Assembly: GCF_001194135.2 (NCBI RefSeq)
Contig: NC_068981.1
Span: 190,613,522 to 190,677,521, forward strand
DNA length: 64,000 bases
Direction: 5' to 3'
Source: Octopus bimaculoides
Taxonomy: Eukaryota
Of this stretch, positions 1-10,850 are shown in pieces (within the stretch, counting starts at the first letter, position 1; the number at the start of each line of letters is the position of its first letter). The notes under the pieces were generated by a model. The model ran no database searches. It saw only the letters and a list, made by a program, of their open reading frames with translations, and had not been told where the DNA came from. A program made the translations under genes and the position numbers.

Positions 1-350
1 CTTATCGGTATATCGTCTGCTGCTACGTTCTGAGTTCAAATTCCACCGAGGTCGACTTTGTGTTTCATCCTTTTGGGGCTGATAAATTAAGTACCAGTTA
101 TGCACTGGAGTCGATGTAATCGACTTAATCCCTTTGTTTGTCCTTGTTTGTCCCCTCTATATTTAGCCCCTTGTGGGCAATAAAGAAATAAGAAACGTTA
201 GCACGCCGGGCGAAATGCTTAGCAGTATTTCGTCTGATTTTTTCCTTCTGAGTTCAAATTCCGGTGAGGTCGACGTTGCCTTTCATCCTTTCGGGGTCGA
301 TACATTAAGTACCAAAAATTTCGGGCCTTGTGCCTAGAGTAGAAAAGAAT
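1..350 (+). mobile_element. Two head-to-tail copies of SINE family A (tRNA head, Meta-like core); first copy cut by the window edge
   Basis: B box GAGTTCAAATTCC, core GAGGTCGACTTTGCCTTTCATCCTTTCGGGGTCGATAAATTAAGTACCA, tail ccccttgtgggcaataaagaaataag; second copy starts directly at ...agaaacgttagcacgcc. Confidence 0.85.
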
Positions 351-729
351 ATGAACTCCGATTATTTAAAAGAAGTTGATAACAGGACAAATGTTATCCT
401 CAAAATTATTTTCTGTAAAGAGATATTTAGAGGCACTGAATTAACAGACTGATTGGTAAGTAGGATAATATTTGTTGGGGTATTTGTTCAGGCATTCAGT
501 GCTATGAGTTCAAATCATGCCGAGGTCATTTTTTGCCTTTCATCTTTTGAGGATTAATAAAATAAGCTACGAGTCTAGAGTGCTGGGTTAATGGAATATT
601 AAAGTACAAGGTATCTATTCTAGGTCTTTGCGCCTTCTTGTGTAACTGACTTAATCCGCGTTGTTGTTATAACCTTTGTTGATAGAAATCTACCTGAGGC
701 CGCTCCTCAGTCTAGTACAAACTCAGTCT

Positions 730-1012
730 GAGTTCCAAACACCAGCTTAATAATAGCAACAAAGTTATTTTAATAAATTCTGTATTGTTTACAAAATCAA
801 TTGAAACAATGGCAGTGTGTTTCAACGGAAATACGGTAGCACAAGGGTCATCGTTTTTGACACAAACCTTACCTGAGATTGCCCTTGGTTCACACTTCTT
901 GTTTCAAAGTGATCTGTATGAAAGTCGTTTCTGATAAATTATTAATCATTTTCAAAATTAATTGAATTGAAGGCAGTATATTTCAACAGGAATCTGGTAA
1001 CAAAATAGTTAA
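730..1012. mobile_element. Degenerate non-autonomous DNA-transposon remnants (two related units), possibly piggyBac-type
   Basis: Repeated block aattgaa..ggcagt.t.tttcaac.g.aat..ggta.ca.aa at about 790-848 and 960-1012, ending ...gttaa. Confidence 0.3.
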
Positions 1013-1163
1013 AACCACCTCTTTGTCCTTTCGTGCCGTTTATAGAGTCCACTTTGCTCCAAGCATTCAGAGCAAGTCAGTGGGGTAGCGTTGTTTCTCA
1101 GTGCCCAGACAAGACATGTATTACAGACAGGACATGCTATTTCTTCTTTATTATTACTACTTT

Positions 1164-1471
1164 GTGGAGGCGCAATGGCCCAGTGGTTAGGGCAGCGGAC
1201 TCGCGGTCGGAGGATCGCGGTTTCGATTCCCAGACCGGCATTGTGTGTGTGTTTATTGAGCGAAAACATCTAAAGCTTCACGAGGCTCCGGCAGGGGGTG
1301 GTTGCGACCCCTGTTGTACTCTTTCGCCACAACTTTCTCTCACTGTTTCGTAAGTAACTCTGCGACGGACTGGCGTCCCGTCCAGCTGGGGGAACACATA
1401 CGCTATAGAAACCGGGAAACCGGGCCCATGAGCCTGGCTAGGCTTGAAAAGGGCGCATAAATAAATAAAAA
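1164..1471 (+). mobile_element. tRNA-derived SINE, X head + P tail, full length with 12-bp TSD
   Basis: A box TGGCCCAGTGG, B box GGTTTCGATTCC, tail ctgcgacggactggcgtcccgtcc...gggcgcat(aaat)n; TSD tattactacttt at 1152-1163 and 1472-1483. Confidence 0.9.
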
Positions 1472-1483
1472 TATTACTACTTT

Positions 1484-2225
1484 ATGGAGGCGGCGAGCTG
1501 GCAGAAATGTTAGCACGCCGAGGGAGATGCTTAGCGTTCGGTATTTCATGTCTTTGCGTTCTGAGTTCAAATTCTGCCGAGGTCGACTTTGCCTTCATTC
1601 CTTTCGGGGTCAATAAATTAAGTACCAGATGCGTACTGTGCTCGATCTAATCGACTGGAATCCTCCCCCCAAATTTCGGTCCTTGTGCCTAGAGTAGAGA
1701 AGATTACTACTTTAAGAAGGCGGCGAACTGGCAGAACCGTTAGCACGCTGGACGAAATGCTTAGAAGTACTTAGCCCGTCGCTACGTTCTGAGTTCGAAT
1801 TCCGCCGAGGCCGACTTTGTATTTCATCCTTCCGGAGTCGATAAATTAAGTACCAGTGAAACACTGGGAGTCGATGTAATCGACTTGTCATCTTCCCACC
1901 AAATTTGAGGCCTTGTGCCTTCAGTAGAAACGATTATTACTATTTTAAGGTCGTGAGTTGGCAGAACCATTAGCACGTCGGTCGACTTTGCCTTTTACCC
2001 ACATTCGGGGTCGATGAAATAAGTACCAGTTGAGCACTGGGGTCAATGTAATCGACTAGGCCCCGTCCCTAATATTTCAGGCCTTATTATTATTATCATC
2101 ATTAAAGTAACGAGCTGTCACAATCACTAGCGCGTCAGACATTCACTCCGGCTCGTTACGTTCCGAGCTCAAATCACACCAAGGTCGACTTAACCATTTC
2201 TTCTTTCAGGGTCGATAAAGTATAG
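1484..2225 (+). mobile_element. Stack of four tandem family A SINE copies of increasing decay
   Basis: Heads at about 1486, 1714, 1946 and 2105 (ggcggcgagctggcagaa-like); copies separated by attactacttt-like motifs. Confidence 0.85.
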
Positions 2226-2659
2226 TAGCTTGCTATCTTTTAAAAATAGTTTGTTTCATATATTTATGGAAAGTGAGATTTATCTTTAAATCCGTTGTGT
2301 TCTTTGTAGTTCATTTGTATACGACTGTAAAACGTCTTTAATCTTATTAACACTTTCTCCTTCTAATCTTAATAACTTCCTTAATACTGTCAAGTGGAGA
2401 GTAGCTTAAAAGATTCCTTTTAACCGTTTAGTCAGGAAAAGCAACACCCATGAACATTTATTGCTTTCTTTTGTTTTGTTTTGTTTTTTCTTCAGAAACT
2501 CCAATACAAATGAGCAGAAGAGACGACTTTATCCATAAAACGGAAACTTGGCCCAGTGGCGCAGTCTAGGCGGATCAGAGATGCGGTTAGCTTAGACGCA
2601 CAATTTCTTAGGTGCAGCAAATTTCAGAAGAAAGTAAATTAAAGTAGCAATAACGGCTT

Positions 2660-2985
2660 GAAATTTGGGGGCAGGGGGTAAGTTGATTACGTCGACCCCA
2701 GTGCTCAACAGGTATTTATTTCATCGGGCCCGAAAGGGAATGCATGACAGAATTTGAAATCACGACGTAAAGACGGACGAAATACAGGTAAGCATTTTAT
2801 CTGGCGTGCTAAAGATTCTTATTTCTTTACTGCCCACAAGAGGCTACACACAGAGGGGACAAACAAGGACAGACAAACGGATTAAGTCGATTATATCTAC
2901 CCCAGTGCATAANNNNNNNNNNACCTCAGCGGAATTTGAACTCAGAACGTAGCGGCAGACGAAATACCGCTAAGCATTTTTCTGA
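2660..2985 (-). mobile_element. Two family A SINE copies (second has an internal N gap)
   Basis: Reverse complement of the family A core and tail (atttctttactgcccacaagaggctacac; gaatttgaactcagaacgtagcggcagacg). Confidence 0.8.
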
Positions 2986-2989
2986 CGAT

Positions 2990-3370
2990 ATGTGCTTCTC
3001 TGATCGCGAGCAGAAGTAGTGGGGAAGTACCATAGCCATGTATCGAGAGGAATTCTGTGGGGTTTGAGTAATTCAACTTTGGAAACATGGGTGTTTCATT
3101 CAACAGCCTTAAACAACCCTTATTCAGGGACCTTTTGGGCAGGGTGGGCTACTTGACCCACAGAAAATTCTAACTGGGCCATCCCTGCAAGATCATGCAC
3201 TGTTTATCTTGATATGAGATCACTATGTCGCGCACATATAGTTGTAATCCATGTGCCTGGTGTACCCTTATCAGACAGGTGGTCATGATGGGTATAGTAG
3301 GCTTCGTATATTTGTACCCCAGTGTCACTCTGTTGGCATGTGCTGCTCTCTCACTCAATAACAATAATAG
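2990..3370 (+). mobile_element. Probable 3' end/3' UTR of a non-LTR retroelement ending in (aat)n
   Basis: Ends ...gctctctcactcaataacaataatag; possible C-terminal remnant RYVLL* at the start. Confidence 0.3.
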
Positions 3371-3939
3371 TCCTTTCTATTAACAGCTTCCCCTGCGAGC
3401 CTCTACAGTACCACTAGGTGCACATCTGTGTTTGAACTCTTTATAGTATTGCCTTTCGAAAGCATAGCAAATTGTCTGCCTGTCCCATTTTAATGTTCTG
3501 TGTTCTCAGTTTTGTGTTTTTGCTTCAAGTGTTGTCTTAGCGATATGTTCATGGAGTGTGTAGGATATGCACTGTGTACTGTGTGAGCTCTCGTGTCTCA
3601 TTGGATAGGCATTGTGTTGCATCGGTTCTGAGTGAGTTATCTTATAATGTTGGAAGATGGTTGTACTGAAAATGTACTGCGTGGATTCTGTTATTGATTT
3701 CATTTCAACGTTTTGAATATAGAGTGAATTGTATCTGATAGGAGGCGCTTTTTCTTACTTTTTGACCGTGTGAGAAATTTTCTGGCTTTTACACGTATAG
3801 ATAGATAGATAGATAGATCGAAAGAGTGAGAGATAGACAAAGAAACAGATAGATAGATACATACATACATACATACATACACACACGTACGTTTTCTGTT
3901 TGCATTCGTGTCCTTTCTCATTCTCAGTGCACCAATGAT

Positions 3940-4245
3940 TGAATATATTTCCTCTTTTTTTAAATACTGTTCCCGCCATCATCACCACGACCATCATTCT
4001 GATACCCTTGTACTTTGGTAACATGTGGATTTCTCTTATATTTTCTTTTCCTTTTTACTTTTGTTTGTTTATTTGTTGTGATGTATTGATTCAAATAAAC
4101 TAAAATACCTTTCACTGAAAGTAGATTCCATTCCTGTCTTTGATTTTATCTGAAATTTTTGCTTCGATTTCTTTACCAATCTCGACAGTCATATCCCAGA
4201 TTCTAATAGCCAAGTAACTGTCATACGCCAGATTAGGTACATGTT
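3940..4245 (-). mobile_element. Decayed R4/Dong-type LINE fragment (restriction-like endonuclease region)
   Basis: HVPNLAYDSYLAIRIWDMTVEIGKEIEAKISDKIKDR aligns with HTPEKVTENEKATILWDMPIHRDREIKANRPDI at about 9000; downstream ...VVVMMAGTVFKK resembles IPIIVGALGIIK. Confidence 0.5.
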
Positions 4246-4257
4246 TCTTCTTCCTTT

Positions 4258-4262
4258 TCGTT

Positions 4263-4330
<68 letters not shown>

Positions 4331-4354
4331 TAATAATAATAATGATAATAATAC

Positions 4355-4415
<61 letters not shown>

Positions 4416-4453
4416 AAGAAGAAGAAGAAGAAGAAGAAGAATATTACTATTAC

Positions 4454-4493
<40 letters not shown>
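4258..4493. repeat. Compound microsatellite (CTT)n-(AAT)n-(AAG)n-(ATT)n running into a gap
   Basis: Directly visible. Confidence 0.98.
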
Positions 4494-5277
4494 NNNNNNN
4501 NNNNNNNNNNNNNNNNNNNNNNNNNNNNNNNNNNNNNNNNNNNNNNNNNNNNNNNNNNNNNNNNNNNNNNNNNNNNNNNNNNNNNNNNNNNNNNNNNNNN
4601 NNNNNNNNNNNNNNNNNNNNNNNNNNNNNNNNNNNNNNNNNNNNNNNNNNNNNNNNNNNNNNNNNNNNNNNNNNNNNNNNNNNNNNNNNNNNNNNNNNNN
4701 NNNNNNNNNNNNNNNNNNNNNNNNNNNNNNNNNNNNNNNNNNNNNNNNNNNNNNNNNNNNNNNNNNNNNNNNNNNNNNNNNNNNNNNNNNNNNNNNNNNN
4801 NNNNNNNNNNNNNNNNNNNNNNNNNNNNNNNNNNNNNNNNNNNNNNNNNNNNNNNNNNNNNNNNNNNNNNNNNNNNNNNNNNNNNNNNNNNNNNNNNNNN
4901 NNNNNNNNNNNNNNNNNNNNNNNNNNNNNNNNNNNNNNNNNNNNNNNNNNNNNNNNNNNNNNNNNNNNNNNNNNNNNNNNNNNNNNNNNNNNNNNNNNNN
5001 NNNNNNNNNNNNNNNNNNNNNNNNNNNNNNNNNNNNNNNNNNNNNNNNNNNNNNNNNNNNNNNNNNNNNNNNNNNNNNNNNNNNNNNNNNNNNNNNNNNN
5101 NNNNNNNNNNNNNNNNNNNNNNNNNNNNNNNNNNNNNNNNNNNNNNNNNNNNNNNNNNNNNNNNNNNNNNNNNNNNNNNNNNNNNNNNNNNNNNNNNNNN
5201 NNNNNNNNNNNNNNNNNNNNNNNNNNNNNNNNNNNNNNNNNNNNNNNNNNNNNNNNNNNNNNNNNNNNNNNNNNNNN

Positions 5278-5560
5278 CTAGGGTCAATTTCTCGACTAAA
5301 GGCGGTGCTCCAGCATGGCCGCAGTCAAATGACTGAAACAAGTAAAAGAGTAATAAAGCAGCAAGCTGGTAGAATCGTTAGCACGCCGGAATTTCGTTCG
5401 TCCCCACGTCCTGAGTTTAAATTCCTTGGATGTCGACTTTGCCTCTCATCCTTTCGGGATCGATAAAAAGAGTTCCAGTTGAGTACTGGGGTCGATGTAA
5501 TCGATGTATTCCCTGTCCTGAACTTGATGGCCTTGTGCCAATGTTTGTCTCCAATATTAT
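5278..5560 (+). mobile_element. 3' end of a family B SINE abutting a family A SINE
   Basis: ggcggtgctccagcatggccgcagtcaaatgactgaaacaagtaaaagag, followed by aaagcagcaagctggtagaatcgttagcacgcc. Confidence 0.85.
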
Positions 5561-5652
5561 TATCGCAATAATTTAATTCTATTCGTTTTTGTATTTGGTT
5601 TCCAAGATTCTTTATGTGAAGTCGTGTGTTGAAGCATATTTTATTGTGTCTA

Positions 5653-5827
5653 GGGAGAGTCATTCTTTTTTAGTGCTTTATTACTTAACACACTCACCGG
5701 TTCGATTTCCACTCATTTACTTTGCAAGACACAACGAAAATTTTAGAAAAACTAAGTAAGTAAATGAGTGGAAATCGAACCATTGAGTGTGTTAAGTAAA
5801 AAGGCACTAAAAGCGAATGACTCTCCC
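5653..5827. mobile_element. 175-bp MITE with about 70-bp terminal inverted repeats
   Basis: gggagagtcattc...ccactcatttactt (5653-5722) is the reverse complement of aagtaaatgagtgg...gaatgactctccc (5758-5827). Confidence 0.8.
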
Positions 5828-6311
5828 CAGATACAATAAGATTTAATTCTAGTTTTTCCTTCACCATCAGGTAACTTTCATGTTCCTCAGTCACATGTGA
5901 CATTAGCTTTTGGAAGTAGGTGAAGAATTACATTCGTTACACCTGTCTTTGCTGTGAGTAGTTTTTGTTGTTATTGTTGTTTCTGGTGATGTTTTAGCGT
6001 TTCACCTGTTTGGCAGTCTTGAATGTGTGTTGTATGAATTGTGCTATTTTGTCGGACGGCGACTATATTATTGTGTGCGTGGAGAGTTATACATTGTTTT
6101 ATATTTTATAGAGGAATGGTTCATAACGATCTTTTGCCGATAGACACCTTTGATTACTATCTTATTCTCGTGGACCCCTGTAGCCATTTACAGGTACTTC
6201 TTTCAAAATTCTTATTTCACTCATTCACCTATGTAAGTTCATAATAACACTTTCTTAGAGAACATGTTTCAATGGCCAGAAATATGCTGAACATATTGTT
6301 CAACAGCATAA

Positions 6312-6540
6312 CGGCGAGCTGGCAGAAACGTTAGCACGCCGGGCAAAACGCTTAGCTGTATTTCGTCTGCCGCTACGTTCTGAGTTCAAATTCCGCCGCG
6401 CTCGACTTTGCCTTTCATCCTTTTGGGGTCGATTAAATAAAGTACAAGTTACGCACTGGAGTCGATATAATCGACTTAATCCGTTTGCCTGTCCTTGTTT
6501 GTCCCCTCTGTGTGTAGCCCCCTGTGGGCAGTAAAGAAAT
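6312..6540 (+). mobile_element. Full-length family A SINE
   Basis: Near-consensus head, core and tail (gtgggcagtaaagaaat). Confidence 0.92.
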
Positions 6541-6599
6541 ATGTTGAACAGTGTAAAGCGTGAGAGAAAGAAACCTTGTTGTTTCTCGCAACAAATATG

Positions 6600-6726
6600 T
6601 CTGGATCCTTAAAGTATTGCGCAGGCCCTTATATTACTATTTTGCATGCATTGACCCCCCGCCGCCCTACAAAAAATGTTATACGGATCCCCAGGGTGTG
6701 ATAGAGACCCCGGTTGAGAACCACTG
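6600..6726. mobile_element. Remnant of a hAT (Charlie/Buster-type) MITE end
   Basis: Ends ccccggttgagaaccactg (reverse complement CAGTGGTTCTCAACC); a similar end ggttgagaaacactg lies at about 60150-60165. Confidence 0.4.
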
Positions 6727-6839
6727 GTGTTAGTTACTTTATATCATTTTAGTAGTTGTATAGAATTAGGTCTAATTTTAGCAGCACAGGATCGATATTT
6801 AATCACAAAAAACTATAAGAGGAAAAATATTGTAACAAG

Positions 6840-7150
6840 AGGCTGACATCAAGCGCAGACCATCCAATCGATAATCGGTAGAATGAGTCAGATGACTACA
6901 GTGTTTGCAAAGTCAGACATATCGTGTATGTCAGTGCTTTTGTCATACTGGACAATATGCCGACACTTGGACATGAAATCTGAGACGTGATGTATTCACA
7001 TAACAAACACAGTATTGGTTGACGATCTCGCTACAATAATCTAGGACATGTCAGTTCAGGCTGACAACAGAGATGAAGATGAAGCATCCAGATATAATTC
7101 TAAAAGATCAGGAGCAAAAAATATCTGATCGAGAAGAGAGAAGGATGTCT
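6840..7150 (+). mobile_element. Highly decayed RTE-like LINE fragment
   Basis: LGHV-like and LL..G.ETW-like remnants with many stops. Confidence 0.25.
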
Positions 7151-7179
7151 GAAAAACATATCAATTGCTTCTGATCATA

Positions 7180-7530
7180 CCACGTGGTCCTTGATTCAGT
7201 CTCACTGCGTCGAACCTTGAGCAAATGTATTCTACTATAGCCTCGGACCGACAAATATCTTGTGCATGGACTTTATAGACAGAAACTGAAAGAAGCTCGT
7301 CATATGTATATGCTTGTGCCTTTGTGTCTGTGCTTGTTCTCCACAACCTCTTGACAAACGGTGTTGGTGTGTTTACGTCCCGTGAATAAGCGGCTCAGCA
7401 AAAGAGAGCGCTAGAATAAGTACCCGGCTTTAAAAAGGACTGAGATTGATTCATTCGGCATTAAAAAACCCCTGAAAGTGGTGCCCCAGTATGGCCGCAG
7501 TCTAATGACTGAAACAAGTAAAAGAAGACA
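7180..7530 (+). mobile_element. Family B (CORE-like) SINE, diverged
   Basis: accttgagcaaatgtattctactatagcctcgg; gtgtttacgtccc; gactgaaacaagtaaaag tail. Confidence 0.8.
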
Positions 7531-7789
7531 AAAGACGGCAAGAAGTAAAAAAAAAAAAAAATATCAAAACCCAACGATTTTGAAATAAAAAAAATATACC
7601 GAATATAGGATAAAGGTACCATGTAATCAGCCAACTGTTATATGTGAGCGAATATAGCTTAGTAGTATGTGTCATACTTTCGCTAATTGCCTGTACAATC
7701 GCGTGCAGATACAGATACCCTCTCAGCCCTCCTACACTTGGCCCAGGAGAATATCGAAGATGTGACAGCTAGATGGAGAGAGAAGGCTA

Positions 7790-7957
7790 CGCCAGCACCA
7801 GGTTATTACTCATGTACAGCTAAGCAAACTGGGACAACGTGAAAAGAAGTGCTTTAGTGGAAGACACAACCTGCTACCCAGTCCCAGAAATTGAATCCAT
7901 AATATTACGATCATGAGCTAGAAATCCTAACGGCTTGGCTACCCGCTTTCACAGGAT
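7790..7957 (-). mobile_element. Old Y-head SINE fragment
   Basis: Reverse complement matches the Y head (caacgtgaaa..aagtg, gaaattgaatcc, cctaac). Confidence 0.5.
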
Positions 7958-8519
7958 GTAAGGTATGGTAAAAAGAAACAGTACTAATGACAATTTGCAC
8001 TCGAGATCTTGTAACTTATGAAAATTCATACAATTTCATAAAAAGCTAACAACCCCCTGATGTAATCTAAAAAAAGTTATTTACTAACTGTTGTATAGTG
8101 AAACTGTATATCATTCCCGGTAAAAAGTGGTAGGAGCCAACCATTATAAATAACCAATAGCCAGTCATCAAGAGAGGGTCGAGTGTCGAAGAGCCGAATG
8201 TCGACAATTCTAGTCGGTATCCTGTGGAGCTATCAGCGATAGTAAGACAGAAGTTAGTGTATTGCTCTTCCGGTACAAAGAGACACAACGGTATCCGATG
8301 ACTAGTAACTATTCTGGCTACTAGCGAAAAATAGCAACTACCGTACAACGGCAGTCACACATCACATCAATAGGAGGAACCCACTTTACAACACCAACTC
8401 TTCCCCGGCACATTCCACATTTTCTGCAACAGAGTTTCTGTTAAACGGGGAAACTGATGAAGTACACTTTTCACACGACCCGCACAACGCTTGCTACTCT
8501 ACACTAGGCGCATGCGTGA

Positions 8520-8675
8520 TTACAGCGATCCCCAGTGTTCAACTGGTACTTAATTTATCGACTCCCCGAAAGGATGAAAGGCGAAGTCGACCTCGGCGGA
8601 ATTTGAACTCAGAACGTAGCGGAATATGAAATACCGCTAAGCAATTCGAGCGGCGTGCTAACGATCCTTCCAGCT
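8520..8675 (-). mobile_element. Family A SINE lacking its 3' tail
   Basis: ggatgaaaggcgaagtcgacctcggcggaatttgaactcagaacg. Confidence 0.85.
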
Positions 8676-8702
8676 TGTTGTCTTTAAGAAGAAGAAGAAG
8701 AA

Positions 8703-9547
8703 GAAGGATTTTTAATTGCTGCACATGACCAGAGCCTCCCCACCAGAAATTACCAAAAACACATAATGAAAAGAAATATAATAAGTAACTGTAGAATATG
8801 TGGAGATCGACAAGAAACAATAAATCATATTATCTCTGGCTGCCCAGTCCTGGCTAAGAAGGAATATATTCACAGACACGACAGAGCTGGGACCTATATA
8901 CACTGGAAGCTATGCCAACACTATGGAATAACAACAGAAAAAAGATGGTATAAACACACGCCAGAAAAGGTCACAGAAAACGAGAAAGCAACCATACTCT
9001 GGGATATGCCAATACACAGAGATAGAGAAATTAAGGCAAATAGACCAGATATANNNNNNNNNNNNNNNNNNNNNNNNNNNNNNNNNNNNNNNNNNNNNNN
9101 NNNNNNNNNNNNNNNNNNNNNNNNNNNNNNNNNNNNNNNNNNNNNNNNNNNNNNNNNNNNNNNNNNNNNNNNNNNNNNNNNNNNNNNNNNNNNNNNNNNN
9201 NNNNNNNNNNNNNNNNNNNNNNNNNNNNNNNNNNNNNNNNNNNNNNNNNNNNNNNNNNNNNNNNNNNNNNNNNNNNNNNNNNNNNNNNNNNNNNNNNNNN
9301 AAACAATTCCTATCATAGTAGGTGCCTTAGGTATAATAAAAAATATTCAGACAAATACATAACAAAAACACCAGGACTTACAAATATATATAACATACAA
9401 AAAATTGCACTACTGGGTACTGCACACATTCTACGCAAAACACTTTCAATACAGTAAACATAAGAGCACCACAGCACATACCCAAGGCGCACAGAGCTGC
9501 GCTCGGTAGTGAAGTGAAAGCACGTTATAAAAATAAAACTACTGAAC

Positions 9548-9548
<1 letters not shown>
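8703..9548 (+). mobile_element. 5'-truncated R4/Dong-clade (restriction-like endonuclease) non-LTR retrotransposon: CCHC knuckle, RHD and endonuclease, 3' UTR, (AAT)n tail
   Basis: EGFLIAAHDQSLPTRNY...CRICGDRQETINHIISGC...RHD...ILWD...NRPDI [gap] IPIIVGALG, IQKIALLGTAHILRKTLSIQ*; flanked by (AAG)n and (AAT)n. Confidence 0.9.
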
Positions 9549-9581
<33 letters not shown>

Positions 9582-9866
9582 TTGTTAAAATGGTGTTTAA
9601 TATGTATCATATTTATTTCATAGTAATAAAGATTAAAAAATTCCAATTATATAAATGTATTTCAATCTTATCTTAATTGATCTTATCGTCTTATATTGAA
9701 TTTTAATAATTCATGGAAATCCGATCAGTTTTTTTTTCCAATCTAAAAGTTTTTCCGCTTCATTTATTTATTTATTTATTTACTTATTCCAAAATATGCT
9801 TTCAATCAAAGCCAGTGATGGGACATACAAAGGAATCCAATCAACATCCTACATCTCTGTCTTTCC

Positions 9867-9899
<33 letters not shown>

Positions 9900-10479
9900 T
9901 CTCACTCACTATTTCCCACCCTCTCTCACTTTCTCTTTCTTTCGCTCTCTCTGTACACACACACACATAAATATACATATATATGTCTGTGTATATATAT
10001 ATACACATATGGGTGTGTATGTATATATATACATTTGTATATATGTATATATATATGTGTGTATGCGTATGTCCACACACACACACGTGTGTGTGTGTAA
10101 AACATTCTAATTTGAAAAAATTTCTGAGTACATTCATAATCCTATCCCCCACTTTTCTTTTATGAAAAACTGTATCTCTCTGATTTGAAAAAGAAAACTC
10201 TGATTTCTAAAAAAAAAAAACAGTAAAATGCTTATCTAATTTCCTGACATAATAAAAATTCAATATTACACTGATGAGATAAATTAAGATTGAAATACGT
10301 ACGTGTAAATGAAATTTTGTTACCTTCCTTTTTTATTTATTACGAAATATACATGAAGTAGATTTAATATGATTCTGGATTTGGAGCTTCTATGTAATCC
10401 AGTCGTCCTTTTCACTCAAGATTGCTGGTCTTATGCCAAAATTCGAAACAGCTATTATTGTTGTTGTTGTTGTTGTTGT

Positions 10480-10850
10480 TGTTATGCACAAGCCATAGTA
10501 TATCTTTTTCAAAAATCTCTTTTAGTCATTATTCTGCGGCCATACTGGTGCATTGCCTTGAAGAATTTTTAGTCGAAAGAATGGATCTCAGTAATTTTTT
10601 TAAAAAACCTGGTACTTATTCAATCAGTCACTTTTGCCGATCCGCCACAGGACAAACACAGACACAAAGACGCGCGCACACACACAACCACACACACATA
10701 CGACGGGCTTCTTTAAGTTACCCTCTACCAAAATCTACTGACAAGGTTTTGGCCGGCCTAAGGCTATAGTAGAAGACACTTGTCCAAGATGTCAGGCAGT
10801 GGGACTGAACCCGGAACCACACAGCTATGACTACACCCATACGTCAATTT
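10480..10850 (-). mobile_element. Family B SINE
   Basis: Reverse complement of CORE-like head (agaagacacttgtccaag, gggactgaacccggaacc) and 3' body. Confidence 0.8.

Noticed and set aside
1152-2225. CRISPR-like repeat-spacer array
   Set aside because: Eukaryotic DNA; the 'spacers' are SINEs, the 'repeats' are TSD-like, and there are no cas genes.
6111-6192. Plus-strand exon candidate (EEWFITIFCR, faintly TBC-like)
   Set aside because: That frame stops immediately, the donor is weak and no partner exons are seen.
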